Made by a program: the position numbers and the translations under genes. A DNA stretch of 64,000 bases from an uncultured cyanobacterium (GTDB lineage: Bacteria > Cyanobacteriota > Cyanobacteriia > Cyanobacteriales > CAWCAG01), in the NCBI GenBank assembly GCA_963793425.1, contig CAWCAG010000005.1, positions 1,856,001-1,920,000 on the forward strand, given 5' to 3'. The notes below the pieces were generated by a model. The model saw nothing but the letters and a program-made list of their open reading frames with translations. It searched no databases and was not told the origin of the DNA. How positions within the stretch are numbered: the stretch's first letter is position 1; every line of letters begins with the position of its first letter. This document shows positions 36,397-47,938 of the stretch, in pieces.

Positions 36397-37293
36397 ATGG
36401 GGTCGGCTCAGATAGCAGTGAAAGTACCGAAGGAGTTTCTTCAGGCTCCTGGTGGCTTAAATTTAACCCTAACCATATTTTTAATCGCCATTGTCTTGAT
36501 AATTCTCTCAAGCTGTGGCTATTGGCTGTGGGGTTGGCCTAGTTGGTGCTGTTTTTTTACTAATGTTCTTGCTTTACATATGTCAGGAACAGTTATTCAT
36601 GACGCTTCCCACAAGTCAGCCCATAAAAACCCGCTGCTTAACTCTATTTTGGGACATGGTAGCGCTTTGATGTTGGGGTTTGCTTTTCCGGTCTTTACCA
36701 GGGTTCACATCCAGCATCACGCTAATGTTAATGATCCTCAAAATGACCCGGATCATTTTGTCTCTACGGGAGGACCTTTATGGTTAATTGCTGCCCGCTT
36801 CTTTTATCACGAAATATTTTTTTTCAAACGCCGTCTTTGGCGCAAATATGAATTATTAGAATGGTTTCTGAGCCGCTTATTTGTCGCAACCATAGTTTTT
36901 ATCGCTTGTCAACATGATTGCTTGGGCTACATTCTTAATTATTGGTTTTCTCCAGCTTTAGTGGTCGGAATAGCTTTGGGGCTATTTTTTGATTATCTAC
37001 CCCATCGTCCTTTTGTTGAACGTGATCGCTGGAAGAATGCTAGAGTTTATCCTAGTTCTATTCTTAACTTATTAATTTTGGGGCAGAACTACCATCTCAT
37101 TCACCATCTTTGGCCCTCTATTCCCTGGTATAAATATCAAGCTGCTTACCGAGCAACCAAGCCTCTGCTAGATTCTAAAGGTTGTCATCAATCCCTTGGT
37201 TTGCTGAAAGGGAAAGACTTTTTGAGCTTTGTCTACGACATTTTTCTCGGCATTCGCTTCCACCGTAAGGAGTCTGATGGTAAATCTTGTTGA
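36397..37293 (+). CDS. crtR: Beta-carotene hydroxylase
   Basis: His boxes HDASH, HIQHH and HLIHH; DPDHFVSTGGPLWLIAARFFYHE. Confidence 0.95.
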   Translation: MGSAQIAVKVPKEFLQAPGGLNLTLTIFLIAIVLIILSSCGYWLWGWPSWCCFFTNVLALHMSGTVIHDASHKSAHKNPLLNSILGHGSALMLGFAFPVFTRVHIQHHANVNDPQNDPDHFVSTGGPLWLIAARFFYHEIFFFKRRLWRKYELLEWFLSRLFVATIVFIACQHDCLGYILNYWFSPALVVGIALGLFFDYLPHRPFVERDRWKNARVYPSSILNLLILGQNYHLIHHLWPSIPWYKYQAAYRATKPLLDSKGCHQSLGLLKGKDFLSFVYDIFLGIRFHRKESDGKSC

Positions 37294-37312
37294 GATGGGG
37301 AGATAGGGAATT

Positions 37313-37930
37313 CTAGAATTCTATGCCTGGTTGTGCTTTAACTCCTTGTTCCCGAAAAGGATGCTTAACCAGAGTCATTTCTGTTACCAAGTCTGCTTTA
37401 TCTATTAAGCTAGCCGGAGCGCCTCTTCCTGTAAGCACTACATGACAATCTTCTGGTTTCTCGGCTAAACCTTTCAACACCTCTTCAACATCCAAGTAAC
37501 CGTGTTTCAGGGCAATATTAACTTCATCTAACAGAACAAATTTGTATTCTGGGTTACGGATATATTGCAAGGCCGTTTCCCAAGCAAGAGCCGCTTTTTG
37601 TTGATCTCGTTCCCGATCTTGAGTTTCCCAAGTAAAACCTTCTCCCAATGCCTGAAAAACCAATTGTTCTCCCCAATGAGCAAAAGCAGCTTTTTCGGCC
37701 GGTTCCCAGGCTCCTTTGATAAACTGAATAATTGCTACTTTATAACCATGACCAAGGGAACGTAGGGCCATGCCTAAAGCCGCAGTGGTTTTGCCTTTAC
37801 CGTGGCCGGTATTAACAATAATTAAACCTTTTTCTTGCGATCGCTCCGCCAAGATTTTGTCTTGCACTTCTTTGCGTCGCTGCATTTTGCTCTGATATTG
37901 TTCAGCAGTCAAGTTGTTGTTGTGTTCCAT
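37313..37930 (-). CDS. cobO: Cob(I)yrinic acid a,c-diamide adenosyltransferase
   Basis: TG.GKGKTTAALG, QFIKG, LDE, VLTGR and KAQPGIEF. Confidence 0.96.
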   Translation of the reverse strand: MEHNNNLTAEQYQSKMQRRKEVQDKILAERSQEKGLIIVNTGHGKGKTTAALGMALRSLGHGYKVAIIQFIKGAWEPAEKAAFAHWGEQLVFQALGEGFTWETQDRERDQQKAALAWETALQYIRNPEYKFVLLDEVNIALKHGYLDVEEVLKGLAEKPEDCHVVLTGRGAPASLIDKADLVTEMTLVKHPFREQGVKAQPGIEF

Positions 37931-37940
37931 AGGTTGTGTT

Positions 37941-38051
37941 GGAGATGGGGAGCTAGGGAGATGGGGAGATGGGGAGATGGGGAGATGGGGAGCTGGGGAG
38001 ATAAAAAATAATAATCTTACCTATTACCTATTACCCATTACCCATTACCCC
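37941..38051. repeat. Octamer (GGGGAGAT)n and heptamer (TTACCYA)n arrays
   Basis: About seven octamers at 37941-38002 and about five heptamers at 38017-38051, between pnp and cobO. Confidence 0.9.
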
Positions 38052-38103
38052 CCGCTACGGGAACCTCTCCCCTTTTCTCCCATCAGCTTAAAGAAAGCTG
38101 GTC

Positions 38104-40254
38104 TTAATCTGCGGCTGCACGGGCGGCTGCGGCTTCGTCGGGGTGAATGCCGAGACGGGTTAGGTTGATGCGACCTTTGCTGTCTAATTCTCGCACCTTA
38201 ACTACTACCTCATCTCCTACGGCAACTTCATCTTCCACTTTACCTACTCGATGTTCAGCTAGTTGAGAAATATGAATCATACCTTCTTTTTTGGGCATAA
38301 TCTCCACAAAAGCACCGATGGGGATAATGCGGGTAACTTTACCCACGCAAACATCTCCTTCATTGAGCTTACGGGTCATATCCCGAATAATCTTCGCCGC
38401 TTTTTCGGCTTTATCTCCTTCCACCGCTGAGACGGTGACAGTACCATCATCTTCGATGTCTACCTTAGCGCCGGTTTCTTCAGTAATACCTTTAACGGTT
38501 TTACCCCCAGGGCCAATAACTAAGCCAATCAAGTCAGGGTTGATTTTCAAGGTTAGTAGGCGCGGTGCATAATTAGAAAGATTAGTGCGAGGCTCTTCAA
38601 TGGTAGCCAGCATCTTTTCTAAGATATGCAGTCGGGCTGGTTTTGCTTGGGAGATGGCGTTGGCAATAACCTCCATGGGCAAACCGCTGATTTTCATATC
38701 CATTTGCAAAGCAGTGATACCTGTTTCAGTCCCAGCTACTTTGAAGTCCATATCCCCCAAGAAGTCTTCTATGCCTTGAATATCAGTGAGGATGCGTACT
38801 TCTTCTCCTTCCTTAATCAAGCCCATAGCCGCCCCGCTGACGGGTTTGGTGATTGGTACTCCTGCATCCATTAAAGCCAAGGTAGAGCCGCACACAGACC
38901 CCATAGAAGTGGAACCGTTGGAGGACAGTACCTCCGAGACAACACGGATTACATAAGGGAACTCTTCTTTAGCAGGAAGTATGGGTAACAATGCCCTTTC
39001 TGCTAACGCACCGTGACCAATTTCCCTTCTTCCTGGGGAACGCATTGGCTTGGTTTCTCCTACAGAATAGGGGGGGAAGTTGTAGTGGTGTAAGTAACGT
39101 TTTTCATCTTGGGGGTGAAGATCGTCCCCTAAATCTTGAGCATTACCGGGAGTCCCTAATGTGGCAATAGAGAGGACTTGGGTTAATCCCCTAACAAATA
39201 ATCCTGAACCGTGAACCCTGGTGGGTAAAAGCCCGACGCGACAGGAAATAGGACGCACTTGGTCTAATTTACGGCCGTCAACGCGAATACCTTCTTCGAC
39301 GATTTGCGCCCGCATTAGTTTTTTGGTGATCTGTTTAAAGACCTTACCGACAGCTTTGCTATTTTCTGCCGCTGCAACTTGGATGGGATCTTCTTCTGGT
39401 AATTGGGCGATCGCTTCAGTGACTTCTGTTTCTTTGATCTTGTCTAAAGCTTCATCCCTAGCTTCTTTGTCAAAGTCATAGTTAGCGAGAACTTCTTTGA
39501 TGCCTTTTTTGGCGCGATCGCTGATAAATTCTTCTAAGGTAGAATCAACTTCTGGTTCTTTCTCAGTAACTAATTCTAGCCCCAACTCTTTTAGAATGGC
39601 ATTTTGGGCTTCAATCAAATCCTGAACAGCTTCGTAACCAAAATCAATGGCTTCAATAATATCCTGTTCCGGTAGTTCATTGGCCCCCGCTTCCACCATC
39701 ACTACCCCATCAGGGGAACCAGCAACGATTAAATCTAAATCTCCTTCCCGTACTTCTTTGTAGGTGGGGTTGATAATAAAATCATCTCCAACCAATCCTA
39801 CTCGTACCGCTGCCATCGGGCCATTAAAGGGTATTTGAGCCAACAGTACAGCAATAGAGGCTCCCGTCACCGCTAAAACATCTGGTGGGACTTGGGGGTC
39901 CATGGACATGGTAGTGGCGATAACTTGAATATCATCTCGCAACCACTGAGGAAAAAGAGGGCGTAGGGGACGATCAATTAAACGGCAAGTGAGAGTTGCT
40001 TTTTCTGAGGGTCTTCCTTCTCTACGCAAGAAACTACCAGGAATTTTTCCTCCGGCATAGAGTCTTTCTTCATAGTCAACTAATAAAGGTAAAAAATCAA
40101 TTCCTTCTCTACCCTTAGACCGGGTTGCTGTCACCAAAACCGAAGTTTCCCCTGACTCTATTAAAACTGAACCTCCCGCCTGGGGAGCTAGTAGACCAAT
40201 CTTGAGTCGAATATCCCGTCCATCAAAGGATATTGACTTTTCCATCTCTTGCAT
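38104..40254 (-). CDS. pnp: Polyribonucleotide nucleotidyltransferase
   Basis: DF.PL.VDYEE, RREIGHG, SNGSTSM and [11 protein letters not shown] and S1 domains. Confidence 0.98.
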   Translation of the reverse strand: MQEMEKSISFDGRDIRLKIGLLAPQAGGSVLIESGETSVLVTATRSKGREGIDFLPLLVDYEERLYAGGKIPGSFLRREGRPSEKATLTCRLIDRPLRPLFPQWLRDDIQVIATTMSMDPQVPPDVLAVTGASIAVLLAQIPFNGPMAAVRVGLVGDDFIINPTYKEVREGDLDLIVAGSPDGVVMVEAGANELPEQDIIEAIDFGYEAVQDLIEAQNAILKELGLELVTEKEPEVDSTLEEFISDRAKKGIKEVLANYDFDKEARDEALDKIKETEVTEAIAQLPEEDPIQVAAAENSKAVGKVFKQITKKLMRAQIVEEGIRVDGRKLDQVRPISCRVGLLPTRVHGSGLFVRGLTQVLSIATLGTPGNAQDLGDDLHPQDEKRYLHHYNFPPYSVGETKPMRSPGRREIGHGALAERALLPILPAKEEFPYVIRVVSEVLSSNGSTSMGSVCGSTLALMDAGVPITKPVSGAAMGLIKEGEEVRILTDIQGIEDFLGDMDFKVAGTETGITALQMDMKISGLPMEVIANAISQAKPARLHILEKMLATIEEPRTNLSNYAPRLLTLKINPDLIGLVIGPGGKTVKGITEETGAKVDIEDDGTVTVSAVEGDKAEKAAKIIRDMTRKLNEGDVCVGKVTRIIPIGAFVEIMPKKEGMIHISQLAEHRVGKVEDEVAVGDEVVVKVRELDSKGRINLTRLGIHPDEAAAARAAAD

Positions 40255-40477
40255 TCAAAACTTTTCCTTATTTTCGTCGCTTTTACTTTCTAGCAGCGAT
40301 CCTAGCACTTTCTGAATTTGTGAATTATTAATTTAATAGAGTGGTAGTTTTGAGCAAGGAAACTATTCTTCTCGTAAAATTGCTTTGAACCCAGGTGATA
40401 CGCACCAGCTTTGCCGTTAAACTAGGTTTTAATTGCGAGGTTCCTTTCTCCTCTTTACAGCAACACTTAAAACAAAC

Positions 40478-43400
40478 ATGGCAACTCTACATGGCAGTTG
40501 GATTCTTCAATCCCATCAGGGCTATTTCTTGGTTTGGGGAGAAACTTGGCGTAACCTCAATACTGAAGAAACTAGCCTAACAACAGTTCCTTTGCATCCT
40601 TACAGTACCAATGAAGAAGAATTAGAGGCTTTGTTGCAATCCCATCAGCTTCCTGGAGGGGAGAAAACCTGGCGATCGCAAATTGTTACTTTACCTAGCT
40701 ATACAAAAGCAGATCAGGGTAAAAAGAAAGGTAAAGGCAGAGGTAAAACTAAGCTCAAAGAAAAAGAATTAGTTCCTGTTTTATCTAACGCGAAGGTTGC
40801 TGATTTTGCCTCCCTAAGTTTACAACCTTGGCAAGTGGGAGGGTATGCCCTTAAACCAGAAAAAGCGGCAGAGTTTTTGCATAGTTTACCTCTTACTTCT
40901 TTTCAAAGTGAGGATAATTATGTGGGTGCAGAGTTACGTTTTTGGTGTCAGGTTTATCGCTGGAGTTTAGATTTGTTGGCGAGGGGAAAATTCTTGCCAG
41001 GATTGTTTTCACCCCAACCAGGAGAAGAAGTTGCTTTTTGGCAACCTTTGCTGGATAGCGCGGCGGATCAAGAACTTTTGACTAAATTTATGCGCTCAAT
41101 GCCTGCTGCTTGTCTTGCTTATCAAGAAGAGGTTGAGGTACAAGAATTATTATTATCTTTTTTGAATTATATTATTGATTTCCGGGTAAGAAAATGGCTA
41201 ACAACGAATACTAAACCTGGTAAAGAAAATGAGATTAAAGTTTGGTTACAAGCCCTTTCACAACCAGAGAACTCTTTAGAAATTGCTCCTAGTTTAACTA
41301 AGGGATGGGAGAAAATTATTTCTCGCTGGAAATTACCCTTACAAGATTATTTAGTTGATCCTCTTTCTTATCAGTTAGGAAAAAATCCTTTCCGTACTTG
41401 TTTTGCCCTGGAACCACCGGAAGAGCCTGGGGGAGATTGGTTTCTGGATTATTATCTTCGTTCTATTGATGATGAAGATTTTTTAGTTTCTGCCATAACT
41501 ATTTGGCAATATCCCGCCGAACAAATCACCATCGAAAATAGAGTAATTGAACAACCTCAAGAAACTTTACTCAAAGGTTTAGGTTTAGCTGCACGAATTT
41601 ACGAACCAATTAAAGCAACTTTGCAAGAAAGTAGACCTGTAGTTTGTGATTTGAATCCGATTCAAGTTTATGAATTTATTCGCGCGATCGCTTGGCAATT
41701 TCAAGATAATGGTTTAGGAGTACTTTTCCCTCCTGGCTTAACTCCTGGGGCGGACGAGAAGCGTTTAGGGGTTAGTATTAAAGCTCAAGTAGCTGAGGGA
41801 AAAAAGCGCTTAGGGTTGCAAAGTTTACTTAATTTTAAATTGAATATTGCTATTGGAGACAAGACTCTTTCTAAGCAAGATTTTGAACGGTTACTAGCCC
41901 AAAAATCTCCTTTAGTTGAGGTGGAAGGGGAATGGATGGCCTTGCAACCAGCCGATGTAAAAGCAGCTCAAGCAGTCTTATCTTCTCAAAATGAAAATCT
42001 GGATTTATCAGTAGAAGATGCCCTGCGTTTAAGTCAAGGAGATACTCAAACTTTAGCTAAATTACCTGTCGTTGATTTCCAAGCTTCTGGAGTACTAAAA
42101 GAGTTAATTGATAACCTGAATAACAATCAGTCGATTAAAACTATTGAAGTTCCCCAAAAATTCCAAGGAACCCTACGTCCTTATCAACTACGAGGGGTTA
42201 GTTGGCTGGCTTTTCTGGAACGTTGGGGCTTGGGTGCTTGTTTGGCAGATGACATGGGTTTAGGTAAAACGGCACAGTTAATTGGTTTAATTTTACATCT
42301 CAAAGAAAAAGGAACTTTATCTGCCCCCACTTTAATAGTTTGTCCTACTTCTGTTTTAGGTAATTGGGAGAGAGAAATTTACAAGTTTGCCCCTAGTTTA
42401 TCGGTGGTAGTTCATCACGGTGATAAAAGGAAAAAAGGCAGCAATTTTCTTAACCAAGTCGAGAGGAAAGATTTAGTTGTTACTAGTTATGCTCTCATTT
42501 ATCGGGATATTAAAACCTTAGAAAAAGTTGAGTGGGAAGGTATTGTTTTAGATGAAGCTCAAAACATTAAAAATCCCCAAGCCAAACAATCTAAAGCCGC
42601 TAGAGAATTACCCGCAGAATTTCGTATTGCCTTAACAGGAACTCCTGTAGAAAATCGCCTTTCTGAGTTGTGGTCAATTTTAGATTTTCTTAATCCCGGC
42701 TATTTAGGTACTAAGCAATTTTTTCAACGTCGCTTTGCCATTCCCATTGAAAAATATGGTGACCGCGACTCTTTACAGACCCTACGTTCTTTAGTTCAAC
42801 CTTTCCTGCTTCGTCGTCTTAAAACTGATAAAAAAATCATTCAGGATTTACCAGAGAAACAAGAGATGAATGTCTTTTGTGGTTTATCAGAAGAACAAGC
42901 TGTCTTATATCAACAATTAGTAGACAAATCTTTAGAAGAAATAGAAGCAGCCGCAGGAATTCAGCGCCATGGTTTAATTCTAACTCTGTTACTCCGACTC
43001 AAACAAGTTTGTAACCATCCGGCCCATTTCTTAAAAGAGAAAAAGATCAAATCTGCCGAACGTTCTGGCAAATTGCTACGCTTAGAAGAGATGTTAGAAG
43101 AAGTAGTTGCAGAAGGAGATCGCGCTTTAATTTTTACTCAGTTTTCTGAATGGGGTAAACTCCTCCAACCTTACCTAGAGAGGAAGTTAGGAGGAGAAGT
43201 TCTCTTTTTATATGGTTCAACTCGTCGTGTACAAAGAGAAGCAATGCTTGACCGTTTCCAAAATGATCCTGAAGGACCAAAGTTACTGATTCTTTCTTTG
43301 AAAGCAGGGGGAACAGGACTTAATTTAACCAGAGCTAATCATGTTTTTCATGTTGATAGATGGTGGAATCCTGCCGTGGAAAATCAAGCCACTGACCGCG

Positions 43401-43618
43401 CTTTTCGTATTGGTCAAAAACGTAATGTTCAGGTACATAAATTTGTTTGTAATGGTACTTTAGAAGAAAGAATCAATGAGATTATTGAAAGCAAAAAACA
43501 GTTAGCAGAACAAACTGTAGATGCCGGAGAACAATGGTTAACTAAAATGGATACTGACCAGCTAAGAAACTTACTTTTATTAGATCGGGATGCAATTATT
43601 GAAGAAGAGAATCTTTAG
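40478..43618 (+). CDS. SNF2-family helicase/ATPase
   Basis: LRPYQ, LADDMGLGKT, LDEAQ, LTGTPVEN and QATDRAFRIGQ. ATG 40478 (MATLHGSW) preferred over the track start at 40433. Confidence 0.95.
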   Translation: MATLHGSWILQSHQGYFLVWGETWRNLNTEETSLTTVPLHPYSTNEEELEALLQSHQLPGGEKTWRSQIVTLPSYTKADQGKKKGKGRGKTKLKEKELVPVLSNAKVADFASLSLQPWQVGGYALKPEKAAEFLHSLPLTSFQSEDNYVGAELRFWCQVYRWSLDLLARGKFLPGLFSPQPGEEVAFWQPLLDSAADQELLTKFMRSMPAACLAYQEEVEVQELLLSFLNYIIDFRVRKWLTTNTKPGKENEIKVWLQALSQPENSLEIAPSLTKGWEKIISRWKLPLQDYLVDPLSYQLGKNPFRTCFALEPPEEPGGDWFLDYYLRSIDDEDFLVSAITIWQYPAEQITIENRVIEQPQETLLKGLGLAARIYEPIKATLQESRPVVCDLNPIQVYEFIRAIAWQFQDNGLGVLFPPGLTPGADEKRLGVSIKAQVAEGKKRLGLQSLLNFKLNIAIGDKTLSKQDFERLLAQKSPLVEVEGEWMALQPADVKAAQAVLSSQNENLDLSVEDALRLSQGDTQTLAKLPVVDFQASGVLKELIDNLNNNQSIKTIEVPQKFQGTLRPYQLRGVSWLAFLERWGLGACLADDMGLGKTAQLIGLILHLKEKGTLSAPTLIVCPTSVLGNWEREIYKFAPSLSVVVHHGDKRKKGSNFLNQVERKDLVVTSYALIYRDIKTLEKVEWEGIVLDEAQNIKNPQAKQSKAARELPAEFRIALTGTPVENRLSELWSILDFLNPGYLGTKQFFQRRFAIPIEKYGDRDSLQTLRSLVQPFLLRRLKTDKKIIQDLPEKQEMNVFCGLSEEQAVLYQQLVDKSLEEIEAAAGIQRHGLILTLLLRLKQVCNHPAHFLKEKKIKSAERSGKLLRLEEMLEEVVAEGDRALIFTQFSEWGKLLQPYLERKLGGEVLFLYGSTRRVQREAMLDRFQNDPEGPKLLILSLKAGGTGLNLTRANHVFHVDRWWNPAVENQATDRAFRIGQKRNVQVHKFVCNGTLEERINEIIESKKQLAEQTVDAGEQWLTKMDTDQLRNLLLLDRDAIIEEENL

Positions 43619-43732
43619 GGATTTGCTAGTTGCTAATGGCTAGTTGTGACTTGTGACAAACCGCATTTTTTCATTCTTCTGAGAGAAAGGTTATACTAAT
43701 AACTGTTAACTAATAACCGTCTTCCTGAAATC

Positions 43733-45514
43733 GTGACTAACTTACCCGATTTTTCCAGCCAAGGTTATGAAATAATTCGAGAGTTAGGACGTAACTTGGA
43801 AGGAGGACGTATTACTTGGTTAGTGAGAGAGATAAATACTAATCAAAAAATAGTTCTGAAGCAATTTTGTTTTGCTACAGCGGGTTCGAGTTGGTCTGGT
43901 TTTGAGCTTTATGAACGAGAAATTTCTTTACTTCAAGGACTTAATCACCCTGGCATTCCTCACTATTTAGATAGTTTTCCTACTAAAGAGGGTTTTTGTT
44001 TAATTCAAGAGTATAAAAATGCTTCCCCCCTATCTTTAACTCGCTCTTTTTCTCCGGAAGAAATTAAAATTATTGCTATTAGCATCCTAGAAATATTAGT
44101 TTACTTACAAAACCGCTTACCTCCTATTCTGCACCGGGATATTAAACTAGAAAATATTTTAGTTGATGGCAGGTTAAACGTTTATTTAATTGACTTTGGC
44201 TTAGCGAGTTTAGAAAGTAGAGAAGTTTCTAGCAGCAGTATTTTCAAAGGAACTCCTGGTTTTATTGCTCCTGAACAAATTAGGCAATCAACAAAAGCCT
44301 CAGACTTATATAGTTTGGGGGCAACTTTAATTTGTTTATTAACGGGCAGGAAATCTACAGAAATTTATGATTTAACCACTGAAGATAATCCCTACCGTTT
44401 CGAGTTTGAGCATTCACTCCCACAATTAAACAGGCGGTTTGTCATTTGGTTAGAAAAGATGGTAGAGCCTAGCCTTAAAAATAGGTTTGCCGATGCCCAG
44501 GAAGCTTTGAAGCACTTGCGAGGTCTGGAAATAATTGCTATACCGAAAATAGAATTTAGTGTGGATAAATTTAATTTTCAAGCTCGGAATTTGAATCAAA
44601 GTTTAAGGCAAAATATAATTATTCAAAACTCAGTTAAAGCAACGAACCTACAAGGTAATTGGTCAATTGCTGCCCCTCCTCACGATATTTCGACTTGGAT
44701 TAGCATCACACCACAAAAATTTGAGCAAAATTGGGTCAAATGCCAAATCAAAGTCGATACAAGTAAGTTGCTGGCTAACCAAACTTATCGACGGGAATTA
44801 TGGCTTGATACTAACGCAAGTTCAGACCTCTATATTTTCCCCCTCAAAGTTGTCACAGCTTCCTTAACAACTGAAACCAAAAAAGCTCCTAGCCAGAAGC
44901 TTCTTTTAACTTACTTGATCGCAGTCATCGCCGGTTTACTAATCAGCTTGGCAATTAATTGGACAGTTAATTTACAAATCATCAGATATGCTGTCTTATC
45001 CCTCGCTTTACCTTTATCTTTACCCCTTTTTGGCAACGTCTTTATGTTCCTCTATTTCTCCAAAGAAATGTCTTGGGGAGGAACAACTATAGGTGCAATA
45101 ATTGGTGCAGCTTTGGGGGCAGTTTTTGGTGCTGGATTTGGTGTTATGTTTGCTAATGGATTAGCTGGAGATATTTGGACAGCTTTAGGGGCTATTGTTG
45201 GTACGATCTTTGGTACAAGCATTGGTCCGATACTTTGGTTTGTCGCCAGGGATGAAATAAAATCTTTAAGACAAGACTTCTTAAGTCGAGGCTTTAGTAA
45301 AAGCTTAACTTTCAGCAGTTTGTTACTAACAATAACTTGCGGACTTACTTGTGGAACAGGATTGATTTTCGGTGTATTTAACCCATTTATTTTAGGGTCT
45401 TTAGCCGCAACAAGCCTGCCACTAGCTGGATTGTTATGGTATCCCAACTGGCAACAAAAAAAGCAAATAAATAAATATTACGAAGTCGAAAAACAAACCT
45501 TAGTCAAACCCTGA
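43733..45514 (+). CDS. Hanks-type Ser/Thr protein kinase with a C-terminal membrane domain
   Basis: VLK, HRDIKLEN, DFG, GTPGFIAPE and DLYSLG; Gly-rich TM helices. Confidence 0.93.
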   Translation: MTNLPDFSSQGYEIIRELGRNLEGGRITWLVREINTNQKIVLKQFCFATAGSSWSGFELYEREISLLQGLNHPGIPHYLDSFPTKEGFCLIQEYKNASPLSLTRSFSPEEIKIIAISILEILVYLQNRLPPILHRDIKLENILVDGRLNVYLIDFGLASLESREVSSSSIFKGTPGFIAPEQIRQSTKASDLYSLGATLICLLTGRKSTEIYDLTTEDNPYRFEFEHSLPQLNRRFVIWLEKMVEPSLKNRFADAQEALKHLRGLEIIAIPKIEFSVDKFNFQARNLNQSLRQNIIIQNSVKATNLQGNWSIAAPPHDISTWISITPQKFEQNWVKCQIKVDTSKLLANQTYRRELWLDTNASSDLYIFPLKVVTASLTTETKKAPSQKLLLTYLIAVIAGLLISLAINWTVNLQIIRYAVLSLALPLSLPLFGNVFMFLYFSKEMSWGGTTIGAIIGAALGAVFGAGFGVMFANGLAGDIWTALGAIVGTIFGTSIGPILWFVARDEIKSLRQDFLSRGFSKSLTFSSLLLTITCGLTCGTGLIFGVFNPFILGSLAATSLPLAGLLWYPNWQQKKQINKYYEVEKQTLVKP

Positions 45515-45639
45515 ACTGAAGAAATATAATCACGTGGGGGCGATGAGTGACAGAATCTAAACAGAGAAAAATCATCAAAATAACAAAACTATCCGATAAT
45601 TAATAATTAGTTACTCTTCCCACACACCTTTATTTATTT

Positions 45640-46770
45640 ATGAATTCTTTCTATCCCCAAAACAAACCTAAAATTGGTATTGCTATTGTTGGTACTGGGT
45701 TTGGGCAGAAAATTCATATACCAGGTTTCCAAAATCATCCCCGTACAGATGTAGTGGCAGTATATCATCGGGATCGGGAAAAAGCGCAAAAAATTGCTGA
45801 TCAGTACAACATCCCCCATGGTTGCACTAGCATATCAGAAATTGTCTCCTTGCCAGAAGTGGAGGCGGTGAGCATCGCTACTCCACCATTTTTACACTAC
45901 GACATGGCTAAGACGGTTTTATCAGCAGGGAAGCATTTACTCTTGGAAAAACCCATGACCATGAATGCTTCTCAGACAAGGGAACTTTATCATTTAGCAG
46001 CCCAAAAAGGAGTTCTTGCCGCAGCAGACTTTGAATTTCGTTTTGTCCCCGCTTGGCAACTCTTGGCAAAATATCTCGCCGATGATTATGTAGGCAAGAA
46101 ACGCCTAATTAAAATTGATTGGTTAGTAACTAGTCGTGCTAACCCTGAACGTCCTTGGAATTGGTATTCCCTGAAAGATAAAGGAGGGGGTGCATTGGGG
46201 GCAGTCGGTTCCCACGCATTTGACTATATTAACTGGTTATTCAGTCCTGTCAAAAAACTAAGTAGTAAATTAAGCTGTGCCATTCCTCAACGCCCTGATC
46301 CTGCTGAGGGAGGGAAGTTAAAACCAGTAGATGCTGATGATACTTGCATGGTAATGATGGAACTAGCTGATGGTACACCCTGTCAACTTAATATTAGTTC
46401 TGTCACCCATCACGGCAGAGGGCATTGGCTAGAAATCTATGGCGATCGCGGTACATTAGTTTTAGGCAGCGATAACCTCAAAGATTATGTTCATGGTTTT
46501 CGCCTCAAAGCCGCAACTCCCGGCAAACCTCTCACTATAGTAGAAATTCCCAAACACCTCGCTTTTACCCAAGTGTTTCCCGATGGGCGTTTAGCACCCT
46601 TCATTCGCGTGGTGAACAATTGGGTACAAGGAATAGATGCCGGTGAACTTAAAGATCCTACTTTGCGTGAAGGAGTCTATTCTCAATTATTAATGGACTT
46701 AACCCACAAAGCAAATGAGGAAGAATGTTGGGTAGATGTGCCAAGTTTAGAGGAATTTCTAGAAGGTTGA
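45640..46770 (+). CDS. Gfo/Idh/MocA-family oxidoreductase
   Basis: GTGFG, IATPP..H, LLEKP and GGGAL...GSH..D. Confidence 0.93.
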   Translation: MNSFYPQNKPKIGIAIVGTGFGQKIHIPGFQNHPRTDVVAVYHRDREKAQKIADQYNIPHGCTSISEIVSLPEVEAVSIATPPFLHYDMAKTVLSAGKHLLLEKPMTMNASQTRELYHLAAQKGVLAAADFEFRFVPAWQLLAKYLADDYVGKKRLIKIDWLVTSRANPERPWNWYSLKDKGGGALGAVGSHAFDYINWLFSPVKKLSSKLSCAIPQRPDPAEGGKLKPVDADDTCMVMMELADGTPCQLNISSVTHHGRGHWLEIYGDRGTLVLGSDNLKDYVHGFRLKAATPGKPLTIVEIPKHLAFTQVFPDGRLAPFIRVVNNWVQGIDAGELKDPTLREGVYSQLLMDLTHKANEEECWVDVPSLEEFLEG

Positions 46771-46776
46771 ATTGAT

Positions 46777-46893
46777 GGGGAGCTAGGGAGCTAGGGAGCT
46801 AGGGTTCGCGTAAGCGTTGTCGTTAGACTACTAGGGAGCTAGGGAGATGGGAACTAGACTGAGCATTGTTCGGCTTGCCGTTATCGTAGATAT
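46777..46893. repeat. Octamer (GGGAGCTA)n array holding one dispersed element, with a second element just downstream
   Basis: GTTCGCGTAAGCGTTGTCGTTAGACTA (46804-46830) and GTTCGGCTTGCCGTTATCGTAGATAT (46868-46893). Confidence 0.75.
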
Positions 46894-46926
46894 CATTGAC
46901 TAGCAATTCTTCCCCTTCCCCTAATT

Positions 46927-47655
46927 TTAAGCGAAATATTCTTCTAATGCTTCAGAACCACCAATCAACTTGCCTTCAATAAAGACTTGAGGAACTGTTG
47001 TCGCACCGCTTACAGCTTGAAGAGATTGCATAGAAGCATCTTGCCCGACTACAATTTCTTCATAAGTCAGACCATGCTCTTTTAACATTGCCTTAGCTTT
47101 AGCGCAGAAAGGACAACCTACCTTCGTAAACAAAGATATTAGTTCGGGTTTAGCGGCTTCTGGGTTAATGTAATTAAGCATAGTTTCCGCATCAGAAACC
47201 TCAAAAGGATCACCAGGAACTTCTGGTTCAATAAACATCTTTTCTACTACCCCATCTTTAACTAACATAGAGTAGCGCCAAGAACGTTTACCAAAACCTA
47301 AGTCTGCTTTATCTACCAACATTCCCATGCCTTCGGTAAACTCGCCGTTACCATCAGGAATCAGGGTGATGTTATTCGCTTCTTGATCTTTTGCCCACTC
47401 GTTCATGACGAAGGTATCGTTAACAGACAGACAAACAATGCTATCAACACCATTCTCTTTAAATACTGGTGCTAAACTGTTGTAACCCGGTAAGTGAGCA
47501 GAAGAACAGGTAGGAGTAAAGGCACCAGGTAAGGAGAAAACGATTACGGTTTTTCCTTTGAATAGTTCGTCACTGGTGACATCAACCCACTCATTATCTT
47601 GGCGAGTTCGGAAAGTAACGCTGGGAACTTTTTTGCCTTCTGAGTTGGATAGCAT
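46927..47655 (-). CDS. Hybrid peroxiredoxin (Prx5/type II)-glutaredoxin
   Basis: [18 protein letters not shown] and RSWRYSM; C-terminal CPFC and TVPQVFI. Confidence 0.96.
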   Translation of the reverse strand: MLSNSEGKKVPSVTFRTRQDNEWVDVTSDELFKGKTVIVFSLPGAFTPTCSSAHLPGYNSLAPVFKENGVDSIVCLSVNDTFVMNEWAKDQEANNITLIPDGNGEFTEGMGMLVDKADLGFGKRSWRYSMLVKDGVVEKMFIEPEVPGDPFEVSDAETMLNYINPEAAKPELISLFTKVGCPFCAKAKAMLKEHGLTYEEIVVGQDASMQSLQAVSGATTVPQVFIEGKLIGGSEALEEYFA

Positions 47656-47685
47656 CTGGGATTTTTTCCTTAACTAAAAACGTAG

Positions 47686-47732
47686 TCATTATGAGTTTAA
47701 ACCACACTATCTTACTCATAATGAATATGAGT
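47686..47732. promoter_or_regulatory. Fur/PerR-like operator upstream of the peroxiredoxin gene
   Basis: TCATTATGAGT (47686) and ACTCATAATGA (47714) form a perfect inverted repeat; ACTCATA-n5-TATGAGT dyad at 47714-47732. Confidence 0.5.
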
Positions 47733-47837
47733 TGGCAAGTATTATACTAGATTCGGTGTTTACTAGCACAGGTTATTTGTGAGGGTAGGGAGTAGGGAGT
47801 AAGGGTTAGAGAAGTTAATTAAGTTAATGCAGAAATA

Positions 47838-47887
47838 TTCTTGATCATGCTCAAAAATCGGTATTTATTCCTGAGCATGATCAAGAA
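47838..47887. other. Perfect 16-bp inverted repeat
   Basis: TTCTTGATCATGCTCA-n18-TGAGCATGATCAAGAA. Confidence 0.85.
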
Positions 47888-47938
47888 GGAAAGTAGAGCA
47901 GCTTTGCAGTATTTGTTCCTAATTATATTGAGATTTAT

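Noticed and set aside
37914..38168. 84-aa ORF with GDGE/GRW repeats
   Set aside because: Translation of the octamer and heptamer arrays, not a gene.
40478..45514. SNF2 helicase plus Ser/Thr kinase as a defence system
   Set aside because: The helicase is the common cyanobacterial type with HIP1 sites; no nuclease, methylase or other defence partners are adjacent.
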